From: Nitrospirales bacterium
GTDB taxonomy: Bacteria; Nitrospirota; Nitrospiria; Nitrospirales; UBA8639
Reading direction: 5' to 3'
Length of the DNA stretch: 64,000 bases
Assembly: GCA_965203295.1 (NCBI GenBank)
Contig: CBDBCZ010000015.1
Location: 1,120,001 to 1,184,000, forward strand
The notes below the pieces were generated by a model. It worked only from the letters and a program-made list of their open reading frames with translations. It had not been told where the DNA came from and did not search any database. This document shows positions 52,401 to 64,000 of this stretch, piece by piece (the stretch's first letter is position 1; each line of letters starts with the position of its first letter). A program made the position numbers and the translations under genes.

Positions 52401-55400
52401 AAGGCTAGTTTAGTTTGAATGATGTTAGTCAAATACAATACATCCTGAGGAAGTATCGATGTTCAAGAAAGGAACTGGTTATTCAATGGCTTTTTTAGTT
52501 AGGTTGATGTTAGTCTGCAGATTAGGAAAGAAGTATTTTATAGAAAATCGTTAGTTTTGTTGGTCTCTATCAAAGACTTTGAGCCAAAGTAACTAGCTAC
52601 CATTGATCTTACCCTTCCTAACTGTTTAGGAAAAGAACCTGTTATTCAAAGGCTTGTTTAGTTTAAATGATGTTAGTCGTATTCAATACATGCTTAGGAA
52701 ATATCAATGTTCAAGAAAGGAACTTGTTATTCAAAGGCTTGTTTTGTTTGGTTGATGTTATTCTGCAGATTAGGAAAGAAGGATTTTATTGAAAATTGTT
52801 ATTTTGTTGGTCTGTAGCAATGACTTTAAGCCGAAGTAACTAGCTACCATTGATCTGACCCTTCCCAACTTTTTAGAAAAAGAACTGGTTATTCAAAGGC
52901 TTGTTTAGTTTGAATGATGTTAGTCAAATACAATACATGCCTAGGAAGTATCGATGTTCAATAAAGGAACTTGTTATTCAAAGGCTTGTTTAGTTTTGTT
53001 AATGTTTGTCTGAAGATTAGGAAAGAAGGATTTATTGAAAATTGTTAGTTTTGTTTGTCTCTGGCAAAGACTTTAAGCCAAAGTAACTAGCTACCATTGA
53101 TCTGACCCTTCCCAACTGTTTAGGAAAAGAACTGGTTATTCAAAGGCTTGTTTAGTTTAAATGATGTTAGTCTGAAGATTAGGAAAGAAGGATTTTATTG
53201 GAAATTGTTATTTTTTTTGGTCTCTAGCAATGACTTTAAGCCAAAGTAACTAGCTACCATTTATCTGACCCTTCCCAACTGTTTAGGAAAAGAACTGGTC
53301 ATTCAAAGGCTTGTTTAGTTTGTATGATGTTAGTCAGATACAATACACGCTTAGGAAGTATCGATGGTCAAGAAAGGAACTTGTTATTCAAGGGCTTGTT
53401 TAGTTTTGTTGATGTTAGTCTGAAGATTAGGAAAGAAGGATTTTAATGAAAATTATTAGTTTTGTTGGTCTCTAGCAAAGACTTTAAGCCAAAGTTACTA
53501 GCTACCTTTAATCTGACCCTTCCCAACTGTTTAGAAAAAGAGCTGGTTATTCAAAAGCTTGTTTAGTTTGAATGATGTTAGTCTGAAGATTAGGAAAGAA
53601 GGATTTTATTAAAAATTGTTGGTTTTGTTGGTCTCTAGCAAAGAATTTAAGCCAAAGTAACTAGCTACCATTGATCTGACCCTTCCCAACTTTTTAGGAA
53701 AAGAACTGGTTATTCAAAGGCTTGTTTAGTTTGAATGGTGTTAGTCTGAAGATTAGGAAAGAAGGATTTTATTGAAAATTGTTAGTTTTGTTGGTCTATA
53801 GCAATGACTTTAAAGCCGAAGTAACTAGCTACCATTGATCTGACCCTTCCCAACTGTTTAGAAAAAGAACTGGTTATTCAAAGGCTTGTTTAGTTTGAAT
53901 GATGTTAGTCAAATACAATATATGCCTAGGAAGTATCGATGTTCAAGAAAGGAACTTGTTATTCAAAGGCTTGTTTAGTTTTGTTAATGTTTGTCTGAAG
54001 ATTAGGAAAGAAGGATTTATTGAAAATTGTTAGTTTTGTTTGTCTCTGGCAAAGACTTTAAGCCAAAGTAACTAGCTACCATTGATCTGACCCTTCCCAA
54101 CTGTTTAGGAAAAGAACTGGTTATTCAAAGGCTTGTTTAGTTTAAATGATGTTAGTCTGAAGATTAGGAAAGAAGGATTTTATTGGAAATTGTTATTTTG
54201 TTTGGTCTCTAGCAAAGACTTTAAGCCAAAGTATCTAGCTACCATTTATCTGACCCTTCCCAACTGTTTAGGAAAAGAACTGGTCATTCAAAGGCTTGTT
54301 TAGTTTGTATGATGTTAGTCAGATACAATACACGCTTAGGAAGTATCGATGGTCAAGAAAGGAACTTGTTATTCAAGGGCTTGTTTAGTTTTGTTGATGT
54401 TAGTCTGAAGATTAGGAAAGAAGGATTTTAATGAAAATTATTAGTTTTGTTGGTCTCTAGCAAAGACTTTAAGCCAAAGTTACTAGCTACCTTTAATCTG
54501 ACCCTTCCCAACTGTTTAGAAAAAGAGCTGGTTATTCAAAAGCTTGTTTAGTTTGAATGATGTTAGTCTGAAGATTAGGAAAGAAGGATTTTATTAAAAA
54601 TTGTTGGTTTTGTTGGTCTCTAGCAAAGAATTTAAGCCAAAGTAACTAGCTACCATTGATCTGACCCTTCCCAACTTTTTAGGAAAAGAATTGGTTATTC
54701 AAAGGCTTGTTTAGTTTGAATGGTGTTAGTCTGAAGATTAGGAAAGAAGGATTTTATTGAAAATTGTTAGTTTTGTTGATCTCTAGCAAAGACTTTAAGC
54801 CAAAGTAACTAGCTACCATTTATCTGACCCTTCCGAACTGTTTAGAAAAAGAACTGGTTATTCAAAGGCCTGTTTAGTTTTGTTGACGTTAGCCTGATGA
54901 TTAGGAAAGAAGGATTTTATTAAAAATTGTTAGTTTTGTTGGTCTCTAGCAAAGACTTTAAGCCAAAGTCACTAGCTACCATTGATCTGACCCTTCCCAA
55001 CTGTTTAGAAAAAGAGCTGGTTATTCAATAGCTTATTTTGTTTGAATGATATTAGTCAGATATAATACATGCTTAGGAAGTATCAATGTTCAAGAAAGGA
55101 ACTGGTTATTCAAAGGCTTGTTTAGTTTGGTTGATGTTAGTCTGAAGATTAGGAAAGAAGGATTTTATAGAAAATGGTTAGTTTTGTTGGTCTCAGGCAA
55201 AGTTTTTCAGCCAAAATAACTGGCTACCATTGATCTGACCTTTCCCAACTGTTTAGGAAACGAACTGGTTATTCAAAGGCTTGTTATGTTTGAATGATGT
55301 TAGTCAGATGCAATACATACTTAGGAAGTATCTATGTTCAAGAAAGGAACTTGTTATTCAAAGGCTTGTTTAGTTCGGTTGATGTTAGTCTGAAGATTAG

Positions 55401-58400
55401 GAAAGAAGGATTTTATTGAAAATTGTTAGTTTTGTTGGTCTCAGGCAAAGACTTTCAGCCAAAGTAACTGGCTACCATTGATCTGACCCTTCCCAACTGT
55501 TTAGGAAAAGAACCTGTTATTCAAAGGCTTGTTTAGTTTAAATGATGTTAGCCAGATATAATACATGCTGAGGAAGTATCGATGTTCAAGAAAGGAACTG
55601 GTTATTCAAAGGCTTGTTTTGTTGTCTTGATGTTAGTCTGCAGATTAGGAAAGAAGTATTTTATAGAAAATCGTTAGTTTTGTTGGTCTCTAGCAAAGTC
55701 TTTGAGCCAAAGTAACTAGCTACCATTGATCTGACCCTTCCCAACATTTTAGAAAAAGAACTGGTTATTCAAAGGCTTGTTTAGTTTGGTTGATGTTAGT
55801 CTGAAGAATAGGAAAGAAGGATTTTATTGAAAATTGTTAGTTTTATTGGTCTCTAGCAATGACTTTAAGCCGAAGTAACTAGCTACCATTGATCTGACCC
55901 TTCCCAACTGTTTAGAAAAAAAACTGGTTATTCAAAAACTTGTTTAGTTTGAATGATGTTAGTCAAATACAATACATTGCTTAGGAAGTATCGATGTTCA
56001 AGAAAGGAACTTGTTATTCAAAGGCCTGTTTAGTTTTTCTGATGTTAGTCTGAAGATTAGGAAAGAAGGATTTTATTGTAAATTGTTAGTTTTGTTGGTC
56101 TCAGGCAAAGACTTTCAGCCAATGTAACTGGCTACCATTGATCTGAACCTTCCCAACTGTTTAGGAAAAGAACTGGTTATTCAAAGGCTTGTTTAGTTTG
56201 AATGATGTTAGTCAGATACAATACACGCTTAGGAAGTATCGATGTTCAAGAAAGGAACTGGTTATTCAAAGGCTTGTTTAGTTTGGTTGATGTTAGTCCG
56301 AAGATTAGGAAAGAAGGATTTTATTGAAAATTGTTAGTTTTGTTGGTCTCAGGCAAAGACTTTAAGCCAAAGTAACTGTCTACCATTGATCTGACCCTTC
56401 CCAACTTTTTAGGAAAAGAACTTGTTATTCAAAGGCTTGTTTAGTTTTAATGATGTTAGTCAGATACAATACATGCTTAGGAAGTATCTATGTTCAAGAA
56501 AGGAACTGGTTATTCAAAGGCTTGTTTAGTTTGGTTGATGTTTGTCTGCAGATTAGGAAACAAGTATTTTATAGAAAATCGTTAGTTTTGTTGGTCTCTA
56601 GCAAAGACTTTTAGCCAAAGTAACTAGCTACCATTCATCTGACCCTTCCCAACTGTTTAGGAAAAGAACTGGTTATTCAAAGGCTTGATTAGTTTTAATG
56701 ATGTTAGTCGGATACAATACATGTTTAGGAAGTGTCGATATTCAAGAAAGGAACTTGTTATTCAAAGGCTTGTTTAGTTTGGTTGATGTTAGTCTGAAGA
56801 TTAGGAAAGAAGGATTTTATTGAAAATTGTTAGTTTTGTTTGTCTCAGGCAAAGACTTTCAGCCAAAGTAACTAGCTACCATTGATCTGACCCTTCCTAA
56901 CTGTTTAGGAAAGGAACTTGTTATTCAAAGGCTTGTTTAGTTCGGTTGATGTTAGTCCGAAGATTAGGAAAGAAGGATTTTATTGAAAATTGTTAGTTTT
57001 GTTGGTCTCAGGCAAAGACTTTCAGCCAAAGTAACTGGCTACCATTGATCTGACCCTTCCCAACTGTTTAGGAAAAGAACCTGTTATTCAAAGGCTTGTT
57101 TAGTTTAAATGATGTTAGCCAGATATAATACATGCTTAGGAAGTATCGATGTTCAAGAAAGGAACTGGTTATTCAAAGGCTTGTTTTGTTTGCTTGATGT
57201 TAGTCTGCAGATTAGGAAAGAAGTATTTTATAGAAAATCGTTAGTTTTGTTGGTCTCTAGCAAAGACTTTGAGCCAAAGTAACTAGCTACCATTTATCTG
57301 ACCCTTCCCAACATTTTAGAAAAAGAACTGGTTATTCAAAGGCTTGTTTAGTTTGAATGATGTTAGTCAAATACAATACATGCTTAGGAAGTATCGATGT
57401 TCAAGAAAGGAACTGGTTATTCAATGGCTTGTTTAGTTTGGTTGATGTTAGTCTGAAGAATAGGAAAGAAGGATTTTATTGAAAATTGTTAGTTTTATTG
57501 GTCTCTAGCAATGACTTTAAGCCGAAGTAACTAGCTACCATTGATCTGACCCTTCCCAACTGTTTAGAAAAAAAACTGGTTATTCAAAAACTTGTTTAGT
57601 TTGAATGATGTTAGTCAAATACAATACATTGCTTAGGAAGTATCGATGTTCAAGAAAGGAACTTGTTATTCAAAGGCCTGTTTAGTTTTTCTGATGTTAG
57701 TCTGAAGATTAGGAAAGTAGGATTTTATTGTAAATTGTTAGTTTTGTTGGTCTCAGGCAAAGACTTTCAGCCAATGTAACTGGCTACCATTGATCTGAAC
57801 CTTCCCAACTGTTTAGGAAAAGAACTGGTTATTCAAAGGCTTGTTTAGTTTGAATGATGTTAGTCAGATACAATACACGCTTAGGAAGTATCGATTTTCA
57901 AGAAAGGAACTGGTTATTCAAAGGCTTGTTTAGTTTGGTTGATGTTAGTCCGAAGATTAAGAAAGAAGGATTTTATGGAAAATTGTTAGTTTTGTTGGTC
58001 TCAGGCAAAGACTTTAAGCCAAAGTAACTGTCTACCATTGATCTGACCCTTCCCAACTTTTTAGGAAAAGAACTTGTTATTCAAAGGCTTGTTTAGTTTT
58101 AATGATGTTAGTCAGATACAATACATGCTTAGGAAGTATCTATGTTCAAGAAAGGAACTGGTTATTCAAAGGCTTGTTTAGTTTGGTTGATGTTAGTCTG
58201 CAGATTAGGAAACAAGTATTTTATAGAAAATCGTTAGTTTTGTTGGTCTCTAGCAAAGACTTTTAGCCAAAGTAACTAGCTACCATTCATCTGACCCTTC
58301 CCAACTGTTTAGGAAAAGAACTGGTTATTCAAAGGCTTGATTAGTTTTAATGATGTTAGTCGGATACAATACATGTTTAGGAAGTGTCGATATTCAAGAA

Positions 58401-61400
58401 AGGAACTTGTTATTCAAAGGCTTGTTTAGTTTGGTTGATGTTAGTCTGAAGATTAGGAAAGAAGGATTTTATTGAAAATTGTTAGTTTTGTTGGTCTCAG
58501 GCAAAGACTTTCAGCCAAAGTAACTAGCTACCATTGATCTGACCCTTCCTAACTGTTTAGGAAAAGAACTGGTTATTCAAAGGCTTGTTTAGTTTGAATG
58601 ATGTTAGTCTGAAGATTAGGAAAGAGGGATTTTATTGAAAATTGTTAGTTTTGTTGGTCTCAGGCAAAGACTTTCAGCCAAAGTAACTAGCTACCATTGA
58701 TCTGACCCTTCCTAACTGTTTAGGAAAAGAACTGGTTATTCAAAGGCTTGTTTAGTTTGAATGATGTTAGTCTGAAGGTTATGAAAGAAGGATTTTATTG
58801 AAAATTGTTAATTTTGTTGGTCTCTAGCAAAGACTTTAAGCCAAAGTAACTAGCTACCATTTATCTCACCCTTCCGAACTGTTTAGAAAAAGAACTGGTT
58901 ATTCAATGGCCTGTTTAGTTTTGGTGATGTTAGCCTGAAGATTAGGAAAGAAGGATTTTATTGATAATTGTTAGTTTTGTTTGTCTCTTGCAAAGATTTT
59001 AAGCCAAAGTAACTTGCTACCATTGATCTGATCCTTCCCAACTATTTAGAAAAAGAGCTGGTTATTCAAAGGCTTGTTTTGTTTGAATGATATCAGTCAA
59101 ATACAATACATGCTAAGGAAGTATCAATGTTCAAGAAAGGAACTGGTTATTCAAAGGCTTGTTTAGTTTTGTTGATGTTAGCCTGAAGATTAGGAAAGAA
59201 GGATTTTATAGAAAATTGTTAGTTTTGTCGGTCTCTAGCAAAGACTTTAAGCCAAAGTAACTAGCTACCTTTGATCTGACCCTTCCCAACTGTTTAGGAA
59301 AAGAACTGGTTATTCAAAGGCCTGTTTAGTTTGAATGATGTTAGTCTGAAGATTAGGAAAGAAGGATTTTATTGAAAATTGTTAGTTTAGTTGGTCTCTA
59401 GCAAAGACTTTAAGCCAAAGTAACTAGCTACCATTTATCTGACCCTTCCTAGCTGTTTAGAAAAAGCACTGGTTTTTCAAAGGCCTGTTGAGTTTTATTG
59501 ATGTTTGCCCCAAGATTAGGAAAAAAGGATTTTATTGAAAATAGTTAGTTTTGTTGATCTCTAGCAAAGACTTTAAGCCAAAGTCACTAGCTACCATTTA
59601 TCTGACCCTTCCGAACTATTTAGAAAATGAGCTGGTTATTCAAAGGCTTGTTTAGTTTGAATGATATTAGTCAGATACAATACATGCTTAGGAAGTATCA
59701 ATGTTCAAGAAAGGAACTGGTTATTGAAAGGCTTGTTTAGTTTGGTTGATGTTAGTCTGAAGATTAGGAAAGAAGGATTATATTTTAAAATTGTTAGTTT
59801 TTTTGTCTCTAGCAAAGATTTTAAGCCAAAGTAACTTGCTACCCTTTATCTGACCCTTCCCAACTGTATAGAAAAAGAGCTGGTTATTCAAAGGCTTGTT
59901 TAGTTTGAATGATGTTAGTCAGATACAATACATGCTTAGGAAGTATCGATGTTCAAGAAAGGAACTGGTTTTTCAAAGTCTTGTTTAGTTTGCTTGATGT
60001 TAGTCTGCAGATTAGGAAACAAGTATTTTATAGAAAATCGTTAGTTTTGTTGGTCTCTAGTAAAGACTTTCAGCCAAAGTAACTAGCTACCATTGATCTG
60101 ACCCTTTCCAACTGTTAAGGAAAAGAACTCTTTATTCAAAGGCTTGATTAGTTTTAATGATGTTAGTCGGATACAATACATGTTTAGGAAGTGTCGATGT
60201 TCAAGAAAGGAACTGGTTATTCAAAGGCTTGTTTAGTTTGCTTGATGTTAGTCTGAAGTTTAGGAAAGAAGAATTTTATTGAAAATTGTTAGTTTTGTTG
60301 GTCTCAGGCAAAGACTTTCAGCCAAAGTAACTAGCTACCATTGATCTGACCCTTCCGAACTATTTAGAAAATTAGCTGGTTATTCAAAGGCTTGTTTTGT
60401 TTGAATGATATTAGTCAGATACAATACATGCTTAGGAAGTATCAATGTTCAAGAAAGGAACTGGTTATTCAAAGGCTTGTTTAGTTTGCTTGATGTTAGT
60501 CTGCAGATTAGAAAAGAAGTATTTTATAGAAAATCGTTAGTTTTGTTGGTCTCTAGGAAAGACTTTGAGCCAAAGTAACTAGCTACCATTGATCTGACCC
60601 TTCCCAACTGTTTAGGAAAAGAACTGGTTATTCAAAGGCTTGTTTAGTTTGAATGATGTTAGTCAAATACAATACATGCCTAGGAAGTATCGATGTTCAA
60701 GAAAGGAACTTGTTATTCAAAGGCCTTTTTTAGTTTTGTTGATGTTTGTCTGAAGATTAGGAAAGAAGGATTTATTGAAAATTGTTAGTTTTGTTGGTCT
60801 CTGGCAAAGACTTTAAGCCAAAGTAACAAGCTACCATTGATCTGACCCTTCCCAACTGTTTAGGAAAAGAATTGGTTATGCAAAGGCTTGTTTAGTTTGA
60901 ATGATGTTAGTCAGATACAATACATGCTTAGGAAGTATCGATGTTCAAGAAAGGAACTGGTTATTCAAAGGCTTGTTTAGTTTGGTTAATGTTAGTCTGC
61001 AGATTAGAAAAGAAGGATTTTATTGAAAATTGTTAGTTTAGTTGGTCTCTAGCAAAGACTTTAAGCCAAAGTAACTAGCTACCATTGATTAGGAAAGAAG
61101 GATTTTATTGAAAATTGTTAGTTTTGTTGGTCTCTAGCAAAGACTTTAAGCCAAAGTAACTAGCTACCATTGATCTGACCCTTCCCAACTGTTTAGGAAA
61201 AGAACTTGTTATTCAAAAGCTTGTTTAGTTTGAATGATGTTAGTCTGAAGATTAGGAAAGAAGGATTTTATTGATAATTGTTAGTTTTGTTGGTCTCTAG
61301 CAAAGACTTTAAGCCAAAGTCACTAGCTACCATTGATCTGACCCTTTCCAACTGTTTAGAAAAAGATCTGGTTATTCAAAGGCTATTTTAGTTTTAATGA

Positions 61401-62356
61401 TGTTAGTCAAATACAATAATCCTTAGGAAGTATCGATGTTCAAGAAAGGAACTGGTTATTCAAAGGCTTATTAATTTTGGTTGATGTTAGTCTGAAGATT
61501 AGGAAAGAAGGATTTTATTTAAAATTGTTAGTTTTTTGGTCTCTTGCAAAGACTTTAAGCTAAAGTAACTAGCTACCATTGATCTGACCCTTCCTAACTG
61601 TTTAGAAAAAGAACTGGTTATTCAAAGGCCTATTTAGTTTTGTTGATGTTAGCCTGAAGATTAGGAAAGAAGGATTTTATTGAAAATTGTTAGTTTTGTT
61701 GGTCTCTAGCAAAGACTTTAAGCCAAAGTTACTAGCTACCATTGATCTGACCCTTCCGAACTATTTAGAAAATTAGCTGGTTATTCAAAGGCTTGTTTAG
61801 TTTGCTTGATGTTAGTCTGCAGATTAGAAAAGAAGTATTTTATAGAAAATCGTTAGTTTTGTTGGTCTCTAGGAAAGACTTTGAGCCAAAGTAACTAGCT
61901 ACCATTGATCTGACCTTTCCCAACTGTTTAGGAAAAGAACTGTTTATTCAAAGGCTTGTTTAGTTTGAATGATGTTAGTCAAATACAATACTTGCCTAGG
62001 AAGTATCGATGTTCAAGAAAGGAACTTGTTATTCAAAGGCTTGTTTAGTTTTGTTGATGTTTGTCTGAAGATTAGGAAAGAAGGATTTATTGAAAATTGT
62101 TAGTTTTGTTGGTCTCTGGCAAACACTTTAAGCCAAAGTCACTAGCTACCATTGATCTGACCCTTTCCAACTGTTTAGAAAAAGATCTGGTTATTCAAAG
62201 GCTAGTTTAGTTTGAATGATGTTAGTCAAATACAATATTCCTTTGGAAGTATCGATGTTCAAGAAAGGAACTGGTTATTCAAAGGCTTGTTTAATTTTCT
62301 TGATGTTTGTCTGCAGATTAGGAAAGAAGGATTTTATAGAAAATCGTTAGTTTTGT
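40451..62356. repeat. Satellite array, block 4
   Basis: Same A/B modules. D-type patches at ~47770-48200 and ~48390-48620. Ends abruptly at ttagttttgt. Confidence 0.98.
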
Positions 62357-62895
<539 letters not shown>

Positions 62896-62911
62896 GCACA
62901 ACTGCATACAG

Positions 62912-62980
62912 GTATGCGGCTGACAAAGCCGTCTCTAATGACGTCGGTTCCAGTGCTGGGAGAGCCATGGAGCAGGCTGG
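62912..62980 (+). CDS. TRAPPC13: TRAPPC13 exon 2 equivalent (69 nt, open; functional status unknown)
   Basis: tacag|gt MRLTKPSLMTSVPVLGEPWSRL g|gtgagt, versus recalled human [23 protein letters not shown]. Phase 1-1. Confidence 0.88.
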
Positions 62981-63669
62981 GTGAGTACAGTCAGTATATT
63001 TGATACTCATTGTATAATGAACCCATTCCAGTATTTCTGACGCAATGAATTTTGAGATGTCAGGGGTTGAAAACAGACCAATTAAATTCAATCTATTAAA
63101 TTTTAGCAGGCTAAGTGACTTAATTGCTGACAAAGTAAAGAGGCTGTGGTTTTGATAGTTAACTGCTCTAGTAATTTCTACTATGACTGACACTAACTGT
63201 ATGGTAAAGTACAATTGTGATATGCAGCCATTTATGATTACTTAATTTATGTGGTTAAACTGAAAGTCTACAGCTAGTTTGATTACGTATTACTACAGCT
63301 TCTGACTAAACTCAGTTCCTCCTGTTTCTGCATAGTCTCAGTATGCTTCTTGTAGTGCATGTAAACATTTTGCTGTTCTTAGCAATTAATCTAACAGCGT
63401 TCATCGCACGTTGATCAGCAATACACACTGTAGTACATGTACATGTAAGCTCAAGAAGGAGCTTGATAAATCCACCCTAATTACAAACGATGACATTTTC
63501 GTTACTAGCCTCTCTTACTCGGCCAGTCATGTAGTTCTGAAGATAGGTTTCTAACTTGTTTTCCACATGTGCATACATCTGAGGCTCATTATACCATATT
63601 ACAATGCATGTATAAAATTTTACCTTTGTTTATTAACATTGCTGTGCATGTGCATGTACTTACATGTAG

Positions 63670-63769
63670 GTACAGCAGTGCAAGATGAAATGGAAGCGGA
63701 CATAAGGACCCCTCGTTGTTTACCAGCCTTTGCATCTGGGGAACTGCTAGCACTACCACACAATTTCAA
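63670..63769 (+). CDS. TRAPPC13: TRAPPC13 exon 3 equivalent (100 nt, open; functional status unknown)
   Basis: tgtag|gt TAVQDEMEADIRTPRCLPAFASGELLALPHNF aa|gtaag, versus recalled human [33 protein letters not shown]. The phase 2 end fits the phase 2 start of the exon at 13390. Confidence 0.87.
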
Positions 63770-64000
63770 GTAAGATTAAACTGGGCTGGAGAAAATTAGT
63801 GTGTCTGGCTTCAGTGTCTGGCAATTGGGTGTTGCTAACTTTTGGGTTGACTTAGGAAATCATGTTTATCAGTAGTTTTTCTATTGTAATTGAAGGATTA
63901 GGAGACCAGAGAAAAGCTAAACTACAGTAGAGCCTTAGTTCACTTTTAATTCATGGAGGCTTTCCTAGTGTGAGTCAAATTAAGAGCTGTATGTAGCTGC

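Noticed and set aside
1..62356. CRISPR-like array (constant core plus spacers)
   Set aside because: The spacers are only two recurring types, there are no cas genes, and the context is eukaryotic with spliceosomal introns.
63567..63773. 68-aa ORF as a standalone gene
   Set aside because: Only 63670-63769 is exon; the rest is intron read in frame.

Overview
AT-rich animal genomic DNA, probably a non-bilaterian invertebrate such as a sponge (inferred from intron sizes, TACATGTA motifs and repeat types). About 89% is one satellite family. It has two modules that share a ~45-bp core: A (163 bp) and B (85 bp), arranged mostly as AB, AAB and A-runs. The array also holds local higher-order duplications of 0.9-2.7 kb and rare divergent ~180-bp D monomers. 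Four non-satellite segments interrupt or end it. (1) A 3.7-kb island (13.1-16.8 kb) carries decayed internal exons of TRAPPC13, a piggyBac-type MITE inside one exon, BEL/Pao and Penelope remnants, and two TAG..CTA hairpin MITEs. (2) A 714-bp Crypton-like element has a long hairpin with GA mismatches. (3) A 973-bp TIR element has no target duplication and contains a nested CR1/L2 3' end. (4) At the right end lie a tRNA-derived SINE, a ~340-bp (CA)n and the upstream TRAPPC13 exons 2-3. The TRAPPC13 exons are therefore on one strand but out of order around 45 kb of satellite. All protein and family assignments come from manual translation and recalled motifs, not database searches. Exon numbers follow the recalled vertebrate gene.
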